Positions 8,236 through 17,100 of a DNA stretch of 38,677 bases are shown here, one piece after another. Position 1 is the first letter of the stretch. Every line of letters starts with the position of its first letter. The stretch spans positions 1-38,677 of the IMG/VR virus record IMGVR_UViG_3300022217_000075; one strand, given 5' to 3'. Source of the stretch: a virus. Lineage: Duplodnaviria > Caudoviricetes. Position numbers and translations under genes: made by a program. The notes below the pieces were generated by a model that was given only the letters and a program-made list of their open reading frames with translations, searched no databases and had not been told where the DNA came from.

Positions 8236-9533
8236 TACACTACGACAAAAGTATCACCGTTGACCGGCGCAGTTGTTATGGCCGTGAAGGTGAGCTTCCC
8301 TCCAGATACGGTAGTTCCCGTTATGTCAGTAGCCTGCCCTCGCAGCGCCGGTGTCACGGTATCCTCAGCGAAGATTAAGATCCTGCCGTTCAGCTGGTCA
8401 GCCACGAAGATCGTGAGATCCGTAGTCATCTCCGTAGTGGAGAGCGTACCGGCAGCAGCCGCGCCCTTCTTAATGGTAGCTGCGGATCTTGCTTGATTGG
8501 CCATGACCTCATTGAGAGATCCAGCAGTCGGAGATCCCGGTATCGCAGTGTCGAGCGCGAGATCCACCTGGTCATTAACGTCGGAAGCTGAGAGGTCATT
8601 GAGCCCGAGGAGCCCCGCGCCCTTAGTCAATGCGATATTAGCACCCGAAGTCAATGTTCTCGCAGCTGCAGCCCACACAGCAGCGACGAGCGAGGTCACT
8701 GTGTGTACATGAGGAGCGAATACCACAACGTCATCCCCGGAGTCGAGCGCGGAAGTGAAAGCCTCATCGACTACGAAGACTCCAGTACTGCCGGTGTAGG
8801 AGCTGATAACTCGACCTTGACCCGCCATTGCAGCTCCGTTGTAAGCGGAGATAACCATATCCTTGAAGAAGTTATCGTCGTAGCCGGTGATGTTCGTAGT
8901 GAACGTAGTCGTAGTAGGCGTGCCGCTCACCGCACCCTCAGCAGCGATCAGGACGCTGAGCTCTCTCAGCTTCTTACCGGCAGACTGGCCGATGTTATGG
9001 TTCGCCTTGCTGATTATTCTATCCCATACGTACTTCGCGATGTTGTCAATGTCGTAGCCCCCGGCGTCGGAGATCGGTAATCCACCGGCAGCGTCGGCAG
9101 CTGCGCCTGGCAGAGCAGTACCAGCCAGCCCTCGTGTAGCGTCGTATGCAGAGTCGCAAAGGAGATTGTTGAGCCCGGCAGCTCGGAACCCCATGACCGG
9201 ACCTCGCCACGCGAGGACTCCAGTACAGATCCCGGAGAACCAGCCGTACCCCTCAGCATCGTTATTGATCGAAGCTCCACCGGAAGCAGGGATCTCTATC
9301 TTGTACATAGCATCGCCTGAGTGCGTCCAGTCGTAATCGCCTCCCGTAGTAGGAGTGACTGCTGTTTGAGTAATAACTCCGAGGGAGCTTACAAAGTTCC
9401 ACACTAGATCCATCCCGGCCTGGTTGTAGACGATACCGGTTTCCCTCGTTATGAAATCAGTGTCGTCGATCAGCGGTACCAGGTTCACCGGAACCGTTAC
9501 GGCAGCGTCTACGTCTATCCACATATCAGGCAT
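8235..9533 (-). CDS. Putative virion accessory or fibre protein with a duplicated beta domain
   Basis: T/A/G/D-rich composition, SD GGAGG, two related ~75-aa domains, located in the late operon. Confidence 0.65.
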   Translation of the reverse strand: MPDMWIDVDAAVTVPVNLVPLIDDTDFITRETGIVYNQAGMDLVWNFVSSLGVITQTAVTPTTGGDYDWTHSGDAMYKIEIPASGGASINNDAEGYGWFSGICTGVLAWRGPVMGFRAAGLNNLLCDSAYDATRGLAGTALPGAAADAAGGLPISDAGGYDIDNIAKYVWDRIISKANHNIGQSAGKKLRELSVLIAAEGAVSGTPTTTTFTTNITGYDDNFFKDMVISAYNGAAMAGQGRVISSYTGSTGVFVVDEAFTSALDSGDDVVVFAPHVHTVTSLVAAVWAAAARTLTSGANIALTKGAGLLGLNDLSASDVNDQVDLALDTAIPGSPTAGSLNEVMANQARSAATIKKGAAAAGTLSTTEMTTDLTIFVADQLNGRILIFAEDTVTPALRGQATDITGTTVSGGKLTFTAITTAPVNGDTFVVV

Positions 9534-9545
9534 GACTTCTCCCTC

Positions 9546-10391
9546 CTACTGTTGCGCGTAATAGTACCACGGACTTCCTGCTGTTATGACGGGTGCGCGG
9601 TACTTCGTCGTTCTGAGTTCCAGTCCCGCTTGTGGGAACCAGTAAAGCTCCCGTACTTCGTCTGCACTCAGAGCTCTATTGTAAACCCGACTATCCCCGA
9701 TCTGCCCATTAAATTCCTGCTCGAAGCCCACGAACTCTCGACGGCCCATAGCTACAGTAGTGGAAGTGTTAAAGTCAGCAGCCCAGCTATCGTCACCGGA
9801 AGCAGGGTTGTCGGTAGCAAGCGCGACGCCGTTGCGGTATAAGACAGGGACCGAGCCCGATCTGTAGACTACAACTACGTGCTGCCATTCGTTGACGGTC
9901 ATCACCGCCGAGGTGGAAGCACACGCCTCTACGTCCGCAGGATTAACAGAGATAAAGGTGAGCTCCCCCTGGGCGTAAGAACCCATCCCAAAGGTCCAAT
10001 CACGACCCCCTGATACATCCTTAGCCATGAACAGTTGCAGCTCCGCAGGTGAGGTGAGAGAATCAGGGTTTACCCACATAGCGATGGTAAAGTCCCCGGT
10101 GCCGAAATCGAGGTCCGAAGGATTGCCCAGATCTATATAGTCGTTAGAGCCGTCGAAATCCAGAACGTAGCCCATCTCACTAACGATCCAATCAGCGAGA
10201 GTCATGGAGCCATTTATAGTTCCGTTGTGATACTTCCCGGAAATGTCTACCAGCCTCTTGATGCCGGTACAGCCCAGAGATGGAGCCCAGTACCCTGCCA
10301 GGCCATTCCATATCTGAGGATTAGTAGACTCGCTCGCGTTGCGTGCAAAGCCAGATTTCCAGCTGGCTCTATGGAGGAGCTTCTTCTTCAA
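9546..10391 (-). CDS. LamG/concanavalin A-like lectin domain protein
   Basis: LDFDGSNDYI, DFTIAMWV, WQHVVVVY, LYRNG and FNGQIGDSRVYNRALSADEV are Laminin_G_3 signatures. Confidence 0.9.
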   Translation of the reverse strand: MKKKLLHRASWKSGFARNASESTNPQIWNGLAGYWAPSLGCTGIKRLVDISGKYHNGTINGSMTLADWIVSEMGYVLDFDGSNDYIDLGNPSDLDFGTGDFTIAMWVNPDSLTSPAELQLFMAKDVSGGRDWTFGMGSYAQGELTFISVNPADVEACASTSAVMTVNEWQHVVVVYRSGSVPVLYRNGVALATDNPASGDDSWAADFNTSTTVAMGRREFVGFEQEFNGQIGDSRVYNRALSADEVRELYWFPQAGLELRTTKYRAPVITAGSPWYYYAQQ

Positions 10392-10880
10392 CTACTGGAT
10401 CTCCGGGGGTGTCGGCGTAACGATCACCCATGAGGTGTTAGCGGTAGCCTGCAAATTGTCAGCAGTACTATTAACCACCACGACTGAGAAGTACCGCGTC
10501 GGGATCCTGCACATGAAGCTCGCCGTCATTTGATGATCGACAGTGGCGGTGGTAACAATAAGAGAGCCGACGAATAACATGTTCTTCACGGAGTTCGTCG
10601 ATCCGAGTGCGGCGTCAGCAACACCTTCCTGGCCGTCTGGATCCGTGCCGTCCGATGTAGAGATGTAGATATCGACGGTCTCACCTACGACGGGCTGAGT
10701 CTCGAACTCAATGACCGCGCGGATCTCGTAATCGAGAGCGGTGGATCCCGCGCCGAGATCATGCTGCGCAGATATTCGACCTGCGGTAGCAGCGAGGTTA
10801 TTGAGAGTAAGAGCCACATCACCGGCGCTGTCTTGAAAAGCGATGGATGTTTCTCTTGCTACGTAGATCTTGTTAGCCAT
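10392..10880 (-). CDS. Putative beta-sandwich virion accessory protein
   Basis: Beta-rich composition, abuts the LamG gene, SD AAGGAG. Confidence 0.6.
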   Translation of the reverse strand: MANKIYVARETSIAFQDSAGDVALTLNNLAATAGRISAQHDLGAGSTALDYEIRAVIEFETQPVVGETVDIYISTSDGTDPDGQEGVADAALGSTNSVKNMLFVGSLIVTTATVDHQMTASFMCRIPTRYFSVVVVNSTADNLQATANTSWVIVTPTPPEIQ

Positions 10881-10892
10881 AATTCGTCTCCT

Positions 10893-11390
10893 TTAGATTT
10901 CCCCGGCCCTGAGCCGTTTCTCTTTGCCCCTGTGCCACGCAGACACGCCGAGGATCCCACCAGGAATAACGAACAGAGTGGACAGCGCCCCGATAATCAT
11001 AGGGAGGTTAGAGAGGATGTCCTCGGGCTTCTGCCACACGGTTTTAATGAGAGCTATTGAAATCACGAAGCTCACCATGAAGAAGCAGATACCAGAGAGG
11101 AAGCCCCAAAATGGTCTCCATCCTGAGACCCACCACTTGTCGGATTTTGACTCTTCTCTGAAAGTTGTGTTGACTTCACGCACCGTGTTGTCCCCGCTCT
11201 CTATCACGCGCTCTTCAAGAGCGTTCAGAGCTGCGGTAGCCTTCTCCAGCTTTACGGGATCGTCGATCACACCCGCTGCCTGGAGAGTGCCAATAACTTC
11301 GCCAGCTACGCCCTTCTTTCCGAAGAGGCTCCTGACTATTCCGACTCCTGACTGGAGTACGGGAAGTGCTGCTAGTGCTGCCGGTATCAT
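10893..11390 (-). CDS. 3TM-type holin (GTA holin family-like)
   Basis: E.KSD.WWVSGWRPFWG followed by two hydrophobic helices and a basic C-tail; located in the lysis cassette. Confidence 0.85.
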   Translation of the reverse strand: MIPAALAALPVLQSGVGIVRSLFGKKGVAGEVIGTLQAAGVIDDPVKLEKATAALNALEERVIESGDNTVREVNTTFREESKSDKWWVSGWRPFWGFLSGICFFMVSFVISIALIKTVWQKPEDILSNLPMIIGALSTLFVIPGGILGVSAWHRGKEKRLRAGEI

Positions 11391-11406
11391 AAGTTTCCCT
11401 CCTTTT

Positions 11407-11433
11407 AAAAAGGGGAGGGCGCTACCCCTCCCC
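11407..11433 (-). terminator. Rho-independent terminator-like hairpin upstream of the holin
   Basis: 8-bp stem GGGGAGGG/CCCTCCCC with a 6-nt loop, followed by a T5 run on the - strand. Confidence 0.65.
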
Positions 11434-11464
11434 GCGCTTTTACTGGTTGCTCTTCAATAATGTG

Positions 11465-11917
11465 CTACCTTCGCAAAACGAGCTGAACTAGAACGGTCCC
11501 TTTACTCGGATCCCCTACGAAGCCATTCGCATCGGTATGGGTGACTGGAGTATAGGCCAGTGCTTCAACAAAGCTCTTTCGCACATAACCGCCGTAAGCC
11601 AGTTCTGTTCTGCCGCCGTAAACGGCACCATCCATTCCTGCGGACGCGCCGCCCAGCAAGCCGAGCTCACTGACTCCGAGCAGATTGGTTTTACCCTCTC
11701 TCAAAAATAGTGGAACCTTTACGGATCCGAAGAGAGTGTACTGCTCTTTTTTGAGATCGTCGATGTCGTACTGATACGCAACTCCTACCCGGATCCCATC
11801 GGGCGGGTTGAACGGCTGCGCAGCTTCGGCCTTACCGCCGAAGACGAGGCAGATAATAGCGACGAGAATAACCGCCCCTACTATGCCTACGGCCCACTGT
11901 TTCTTTGTCAGTTCCAT
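11465..11917 (-). CDS. Exported or membrane protein with signal peptide and beta-rich mature part
   Basis: KK, hydrophobic core and AEA cleavage-like site, then alternating beta-strand patterns; lies between endolysin and holin. Confidence 0.7.
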   Translation of the reverse strand: MELTKKQWAVGIVGAVILVAIICLVFGGKAEAAQPFNPPDGIRVGVAYQYDIDDLKKEQYTLFGSVKVPLFLREGKTNLLGVSELGLLGGASAGMDGAVYGGRTELAYGGYVRKSFVEALAYTPVTHTDANGFVGDPSKGTVLVQLVLRR

Positions 11918-11918
11918 C

Positions 11919-12419
11919 CTACGTTACCTCCTGATCGTTTACGTACAGCTGTTGTAAATGCCTTGCCCTTCTGGGTACGTCATCCCTAGCCCACTTGCTG
12001 TCCATCATCTGCGCTGCTACTTCGCCTATGTCTCCTTTCTCTATTGCGGCGAGCATTTTCTTAAACTTCAAGAAACGCGGCAGGCCCAGATTGTAGCACA
12101 TATCAATCAGAACTTCTTTACGTGCTTTAGACAACTCTTCCCAGACGGATATGTGCTTCGCAAGATCCAGTGTAATCTGCGTCACATCACTCCCCAGGAG
12201 ATAATCTGCTTCTTTTTCACTGATCCCCACGTCCTCGATGTTACGGCCCCAGCCTATCGTCTGCTTGTGTGCAGGGCATTCATAAGGCATGTGCCTACCG
12301 TTGACGATGTTCGAGCCTTCGTGCATCTTTATCATTTTTAGTATCATGCAGCTACACCTCTGAATTAGTTTGTGGCGGTAGAAAAACCATACTGTCCCGC
12401 ACTCTTCGCACGCACTCAC
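11919..12419 (-). CDS. Endolysin, GH24 (T4-lysozyme-like)
   Basis: HEG...PYECP...TIGWGRN, LIDMCYNLG..RFLKFKKML, MDSKWA...RRA. Confidence 0.92.
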   Translation of the reverse strand: MSACEECGTVWFFYRHKLIQRCSCMILKMIKMHEGSNIVNGRHMPYECPAHKQTIGWGRNIEDVGISEKEADYLLGSDVTQITLDLAKHISVWEELSKARKEVLIDMCYNLGLPRFLKFKKMLAAIEKGDIGEVAAQMMDSKWARDDVPRRARHLQQLYVNDQEVT

Positions 12420-12853
12420 GCGACTTTCAGCCTGTCAACTTTATCACCGATAACCTTTAGAGCGGTAGCAGTTTCTTTCTTGATCTCTCCGACCACTCTT
12501 ACATTATCCTCCTTCACGGCCTTGACCGTCTCCTTCATAAAGTCAAGAGCTTGCTGGAAGAGATCAGCACCGACTTTCTTTTCCAGCTTTCCCTCTACGT
12601 CTTTCATAGCCTCTCTCAAACTCTCCTCCCTTCCCATGTCACATGCGTCGATCTCTTCCCTGAGTTTGTTGATCTCGGCGGTAATTCGATCATGTAGTTT
12701 TTCGTAACCGTCAGAAAGTTTTTTACTGATTTCGTCTCGCGCCGTTTTCGCGTGCTCCTTATCCCTTCTCCGTTGACCCCTCAGAGCTCCGACTATTACG
12801 GAAGCCATTGTGAAGCCCCCTATGATGATTGTCACTACCAGCCCCCAGTCCAT
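12416..12853 (-). CDS. Single-TM coiled-coil lysis-cassette protein (holin/antiholin- or spanin-like)
   Basis: N-terminal TM, then RRR and a long coiled coil; GTGA overlap with the endolysin. Confidence 0.6.
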   Translation of the reverse strand: MDWGLVVTIIIGGFTMASVIVGALRGQRRRDKEHAKTARDEISKKLSDGYEKLHDRITAEINKLREEIDACDMGREESLREAMKDVEGKLEKKVGADLFQQALDFMKETVKAVKEDNVRVVGEIKKETATALKVIGDKVDRLKVA

Positions 12854-12882
12854 ACTTCACTTCTCCTTTTCCCAGCTCTCAG

Positions 12883-14100
12883 TTAGTTAGCGATCTCATA
12901 ATCTACCTGTAAGATCTGCGCAGGTATGTTAGCAGTTCCGTTGGCCGTGAGATCCACGGTCAGATTATCCCCGGCGTCGAGGATCTTCTCCGACGCGTCC
13001 AGGGATCCCATGTCATTAATGCTTCCTTGAAGCAGAGCAGTAACGACGTTTAAAGAGGCAACAGCCGTAGCCCCGTTATTCTTATTGACGTCAATCGTAG
13101 CGTCATTCGCACTGGCAGCAGCAACGTAATCCTCCAGGGGGATGAGCTGCAGCTTCGTGATGGTGCAAGCCAGCGGTGCCTTCCATGCAATGAAGTTGGA
13201 GATATCTGCGTCCGCAGCTCCGGGATCCGGGAGGTATATGCTGGTAGTGAAGGTGGTTATTGCGTGAGGGTTCAGAAGGATCCACTTATCAAGCGCCGAG
13301 TCGAAGACCAGAATCATTCTGTAGTCAGCTCCGGGGATATCTCCGATTGCGAGAGCTATGTTATTCTCCTTTACGATGGTCTTCGCGGTCATACCGTCCG
13401 GGGCGAAGGTAGGGGTAGTGATGGTGTTCGCGCCAGCAGCCTGCACTACGACCAGGAGGTTGTTTGTCAGTGAGGCTACGACGGGAGAGGTTGTGGTAGT
13501 GATAGCGTCAACGGTACCGCCCGCTACTCCGAAGCGGTTAGGTAGAGTGATACTCAGGTTGCTTGAAGCAAGTACCAGGTCCGGTCCTACAGTAGTTACA
13601 GCTGTGAGATCCCCGGCGTCTACGCTCTCCAGAGCGGTACCGGCAGCGTTCCAACGGAACCACTTGTAAGCAACCGGCGCGGGGAGGGTAGCTCCTGCAG
13701 CCGCCTCAGTCTCGGGGAGCTGCAAGCAACGGTCAATCTCATTCTGCTGCTGCTGCTCTATCATAATGAAGTGATCGAAAACGTCTTCATGGGTATTAGC
13801 GAAGAACGTACCTTGATTACGGATATCGGCCATTTGCGTCAGCGGCCTCACACGTCGGATGGTGAGCGCATACCCGGTAGTCAAGTTCCCGGCTGTGAGA
13901 GTGACGTTGCCGCCGTCCTTATCACCAGCCCCGGATACTGTGTAATCCGTATCGAGCACCAGGGCGGTCTCGACGTCATTGAGATCTCTCGACGTAACAG
14001 TGAGGTCAGAGTCCGAGAAGATCTTGAACCCATACGGGTAGACGCTGGTTGCGCCGTTTCCTACGTAGTCCTCACGGTTAGTAGTGTTTGCTATTGTCAT
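12883..14100 (-). CDS. Tail fibre protein with T7 gp17-like N-terminal anchor
   Basis: YVGNGATSVYPYGFKIFSDSDL.V...DYTVSG...LTIRR...HEDVFD....QQ is the podoviral fibre-anchor pattern. Confidence 0.88.
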   Translation of the reverse strand: MTIANTTNREDYVGNGATSVYPYGFKIFSDSDLTVTSRDLNDVETALVLDTDYTVSGAGDKDGGNVTLTAGNLTTGYALTIRRVRPLTQMADIRNQGTFFANTHEDVFDHFIMIEQQQQNEIDRCLQLPETEAAAGATLPAPVAYKWFRWNAAGTALESVDAGDLTAVTTVGPDLVLASSNLSITLPNRFGVAGGTVDAITTTTSPVVASLTNNLLVVVQAAGANTITTPTFAPDGMTAKTIVKENNIALAIGDIPGADYRMILVFDSALDKWILLNPHAITTFTTSIYLPDPGAADADISNFIAWKAPLACTITKLQLIPLEDYVAAASANDATIDVNKNNGATAVASLNVVTALLQGSINDMGSLDASEKILDAGDNLTVDLTANGTANIPAQILQVDYEIAN

Positions 14101-14111
14101 AATGATCTCCT

Positions 14112-17100
14112 TTAAAGAACGGTTTTACCCTTCTCTTCCTTGCCGAGATGTCTCAGCGGTCCAGGTGTCAGTTGCTTTTTCAATTTGCCTACGCCCTTAA
14201 AGCCCTCTTTCGTTTTGTACTTCTCAAGGGTGAGGATCGACTGTAAGTTCTGCCCGAACTGAGAGACGAACCCGAAGAGCCTGGGCGTCGAGAGCCACAT
14301 CTCGGGGCTGATACTCTGGATCATGGTGAACGCTTCACGGCGGGCTTTAAAGCTGAGCTGGCCGACGAAGCTCTTGTCATCCTTGTCACCCATGCCGAAC
14401 ATCACGAGCACTACGAAGGAGAGCCCGACCAGGCGGTAGAGCTCCCTGGCTTCTCTCGTCGTAAGTGTTGAGAGCTTCCTCGCCCTCACTCCATCCATGA
14501 ACACCTGGAAGTCCTTCACCAGAGTTCTCATCACCGGTACCGCCCAGGTCTTATACTGGATCCCAGCTCCTCCTGCTGCGGTGCTGCCTACCAGAGACTT
14601 CGCTCCGGGGATAGCTCTGAACCTTCCCATCTCAGTGCGGATCTGTGCAAGCCGCGAGTTCCTTATTACCCCTCTATTGTACTCATCTTTCGTGAGGGAA
14701 GCCAAGAGAAATTGCTTGTTAGCGAGCACCGAACTCTTGTGGAAGAGGAAAAACATCCCCTCCATGAGCCTGTCACCGATCTCTTTGCCGGGAGCCCAGA
14801 ACTCCTCCCAGGCACTCCTGCCCGTAAATGCTTGATATTTCTCAAGAATTGCCTTCCCTTTTTTAGTACGCATCCGGGTGTTGCCTAAAGTGTAGCCCTT
14901 GACCCCGAGCATTTCAAACGTCACCGTTTGCTCACCGACGAAGGAGGCCACGCCGATAGGTATGTTTAGCCCGAGGTCAAGGAGCGTTACGAAGGAGCGC
15001 AGTGCGCGGATTGATAGATCGACTTTACCACCCTGCTTTCCGATCCATCTTATTTGCCGCCCCTTCTTATTATTGATAAACTTGTACACGAATTTCTTGA
15101 GCGACTGGTCAGCTTCGAGTCCACGCGGCGTCATCTTCCGGGGAGTGATAGCCTGCGTATAAATGTCGAGCTTCGGCAGCATCTCGTCGAGAGCCATTTT
15201 CTTTTCCATCGTTTGCACGTACACGAGGAACGCCTTCGTTACGTTAGTAGTGGGCGTCAACGTGCCGGTGCGCTGCATGGAGAACTTGAAGAACTTCTCC
15301 AGGGGGAGGATCTGATCCGTGCTCTCGTCGAGGATATTAAACACCATCTCGTCGAGCTGATAACTCTGGAAGAGAGACTTCACCGCATTGAGCAGCCCGT
15401 CATCCTTCGTGACTTCAAGAAATGAGCGGCGAAGGTGAACCATGTAGTTCTCCCGCCCCTTCTGTAGCGAGTTCGTCTGCTGGAGATACGTAAGAGCATT
15501 GCGGTAATACTGCTGCATGTAATGAGCGAGATCCAGCTGCTCAGGTGTCAGCTGCTCGCCTGCAGCCTTCCGGTTCTCGTCAGTGGCTTCGAGGTACGCC
15601 ATGATCTGAGGATCCTGCGGGATGAGCTTGCGGGTGAGAGAGCGTCCCCGAGACTTCTCCGATTTCCTTGCCAGCTCGTAGACCTCATTCTCGATCTTAT
15701 GTACCCGAGCATTCGCGGAGATCATCCCTCCAGCCGTCTCTTCGACCAGCATACGGTAGAAGGGGTTACGCTCGGCAAGGGAAGTATCCCACCGGTAATC
15801 GTCGAACTCCCCTACCTTGATCGTGTCGAGCTCGTCTACGGGGATCCCCAGCTCATCGGAGAGACGCTCCTTAGCTTCCCGCCAGGTGCGGATCCCTTTG
15901 AGATCTGTACGGTCCACGAGCTCCAGCTTACGCGGGGAAAGGAACACGTCACCGTCATGGAACCCTTCGAGGAGATCTGCAAACTCACGGAGCTGCCGAT
16001 CATCCATCTTGCGGATAGCAGGGAGCTTGAGAGATTTCCTGTAGTCCTCGACGTTGCCGAGCCTCTTGCGCTCGATGGTCTCCATAACGCGGGACTTAGC
16101 CACGGCGGTCTCCATTACCTGCTCTGCGCGAATCAGGAGGTCATCCTTGAACTGCTTGAAGGCGAAGTCGGTCATGTTCCCGACGTTGCGCTGCTTCGTG
16201 AGTCCCTTCATCTGAGCATCGGTGAGCCCGAGGTACTTCTTAATGGTGTTGAGCGTACGCCTGCGCTTCGCCATTTTCTGCTTCTCGGTCTGGATCTTCT
16301 CAACCTTCTCATTGGCTCTGCGTATGACGTCCTTCATCTTGTCTTTCCACTTCGCAGCCTCGACTTCCTTCCCGGCCTTGAACGCCTCGCGTGCTTGCCG
16401 CTCCGCTTTCTTCCACGCAGCCTGCATAGCCTTGTCTTCCCGGATGTACTTGAAGACCGGTCTAGCCCCGACTGACTGGAGGATAACGCCCTTGACGGTC
16501 TCCCTCCTCGCCGGTACCAGGCTCTTCTTAATCTCAGCCTGCGTGATCTTCTCTACATCCTTACCCTCGGCCACGAGATCTACTACAGTGTTGTCGATGT
16601 CGGTCTGCACCAGCTCAATGCTGTCCTGAGCGGTGAGGAGCCGGTCCATAACGTCGCGGACAGCCGGTGTGAGCTCCACGTTGAGCTCTGAGAGGCTCTT
16701 ATAGACCTCCATGAGCCATTGCCTAAATTGATTAAACGCCGCTCTGAGGCCAGCTGAGGGCGCGGAACCCTCCAATATGTACGCCTCGAAGCCCCTGGCC
16801 CACTGTTCCTGCTGCGCTTCGGTGATACTATCGCGTCTCTCGGCCACTGTACCGGCTTCTACGCCCAGCCAGTCGAGGATCTCAGCGTAGTCTTCGACGA
16901 TCCCCTTCTTAGCTCCGGGCATAGATGCGAGGTCTCCCATGACCTTGAGATAGAAGTGGCCGGTCTCGTGGAAGAAGGTAGAGCGGTCCGCTCCTTTGAG
17001 CAAGGTGATATCTAGGCTCCTCGGCCCCACGCGGATCTTACCCTTCGGAGCCTCGGGCTCTCTCTGGTAGAGAGTGAAGCCTTCCTTGAGCGCAGCGTCC

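Noticed and set aside
7975-14100. Diversity-generating retroelement, as in BPP-1
   Set aside because: No reverse transcriptase ORF, and no TR/VR pair differing at adenines was seen near the fibre or LamG genes within the window.
15522-16475. 317-aa + strand ORF and other long antisense ORFs (e.g. 1159-1818, 3252-3998, 32584-33165, 34351-34938)
   Set aside because: They are shadow frames of well-supported genes on the opposite strand, with no motifs or SD.
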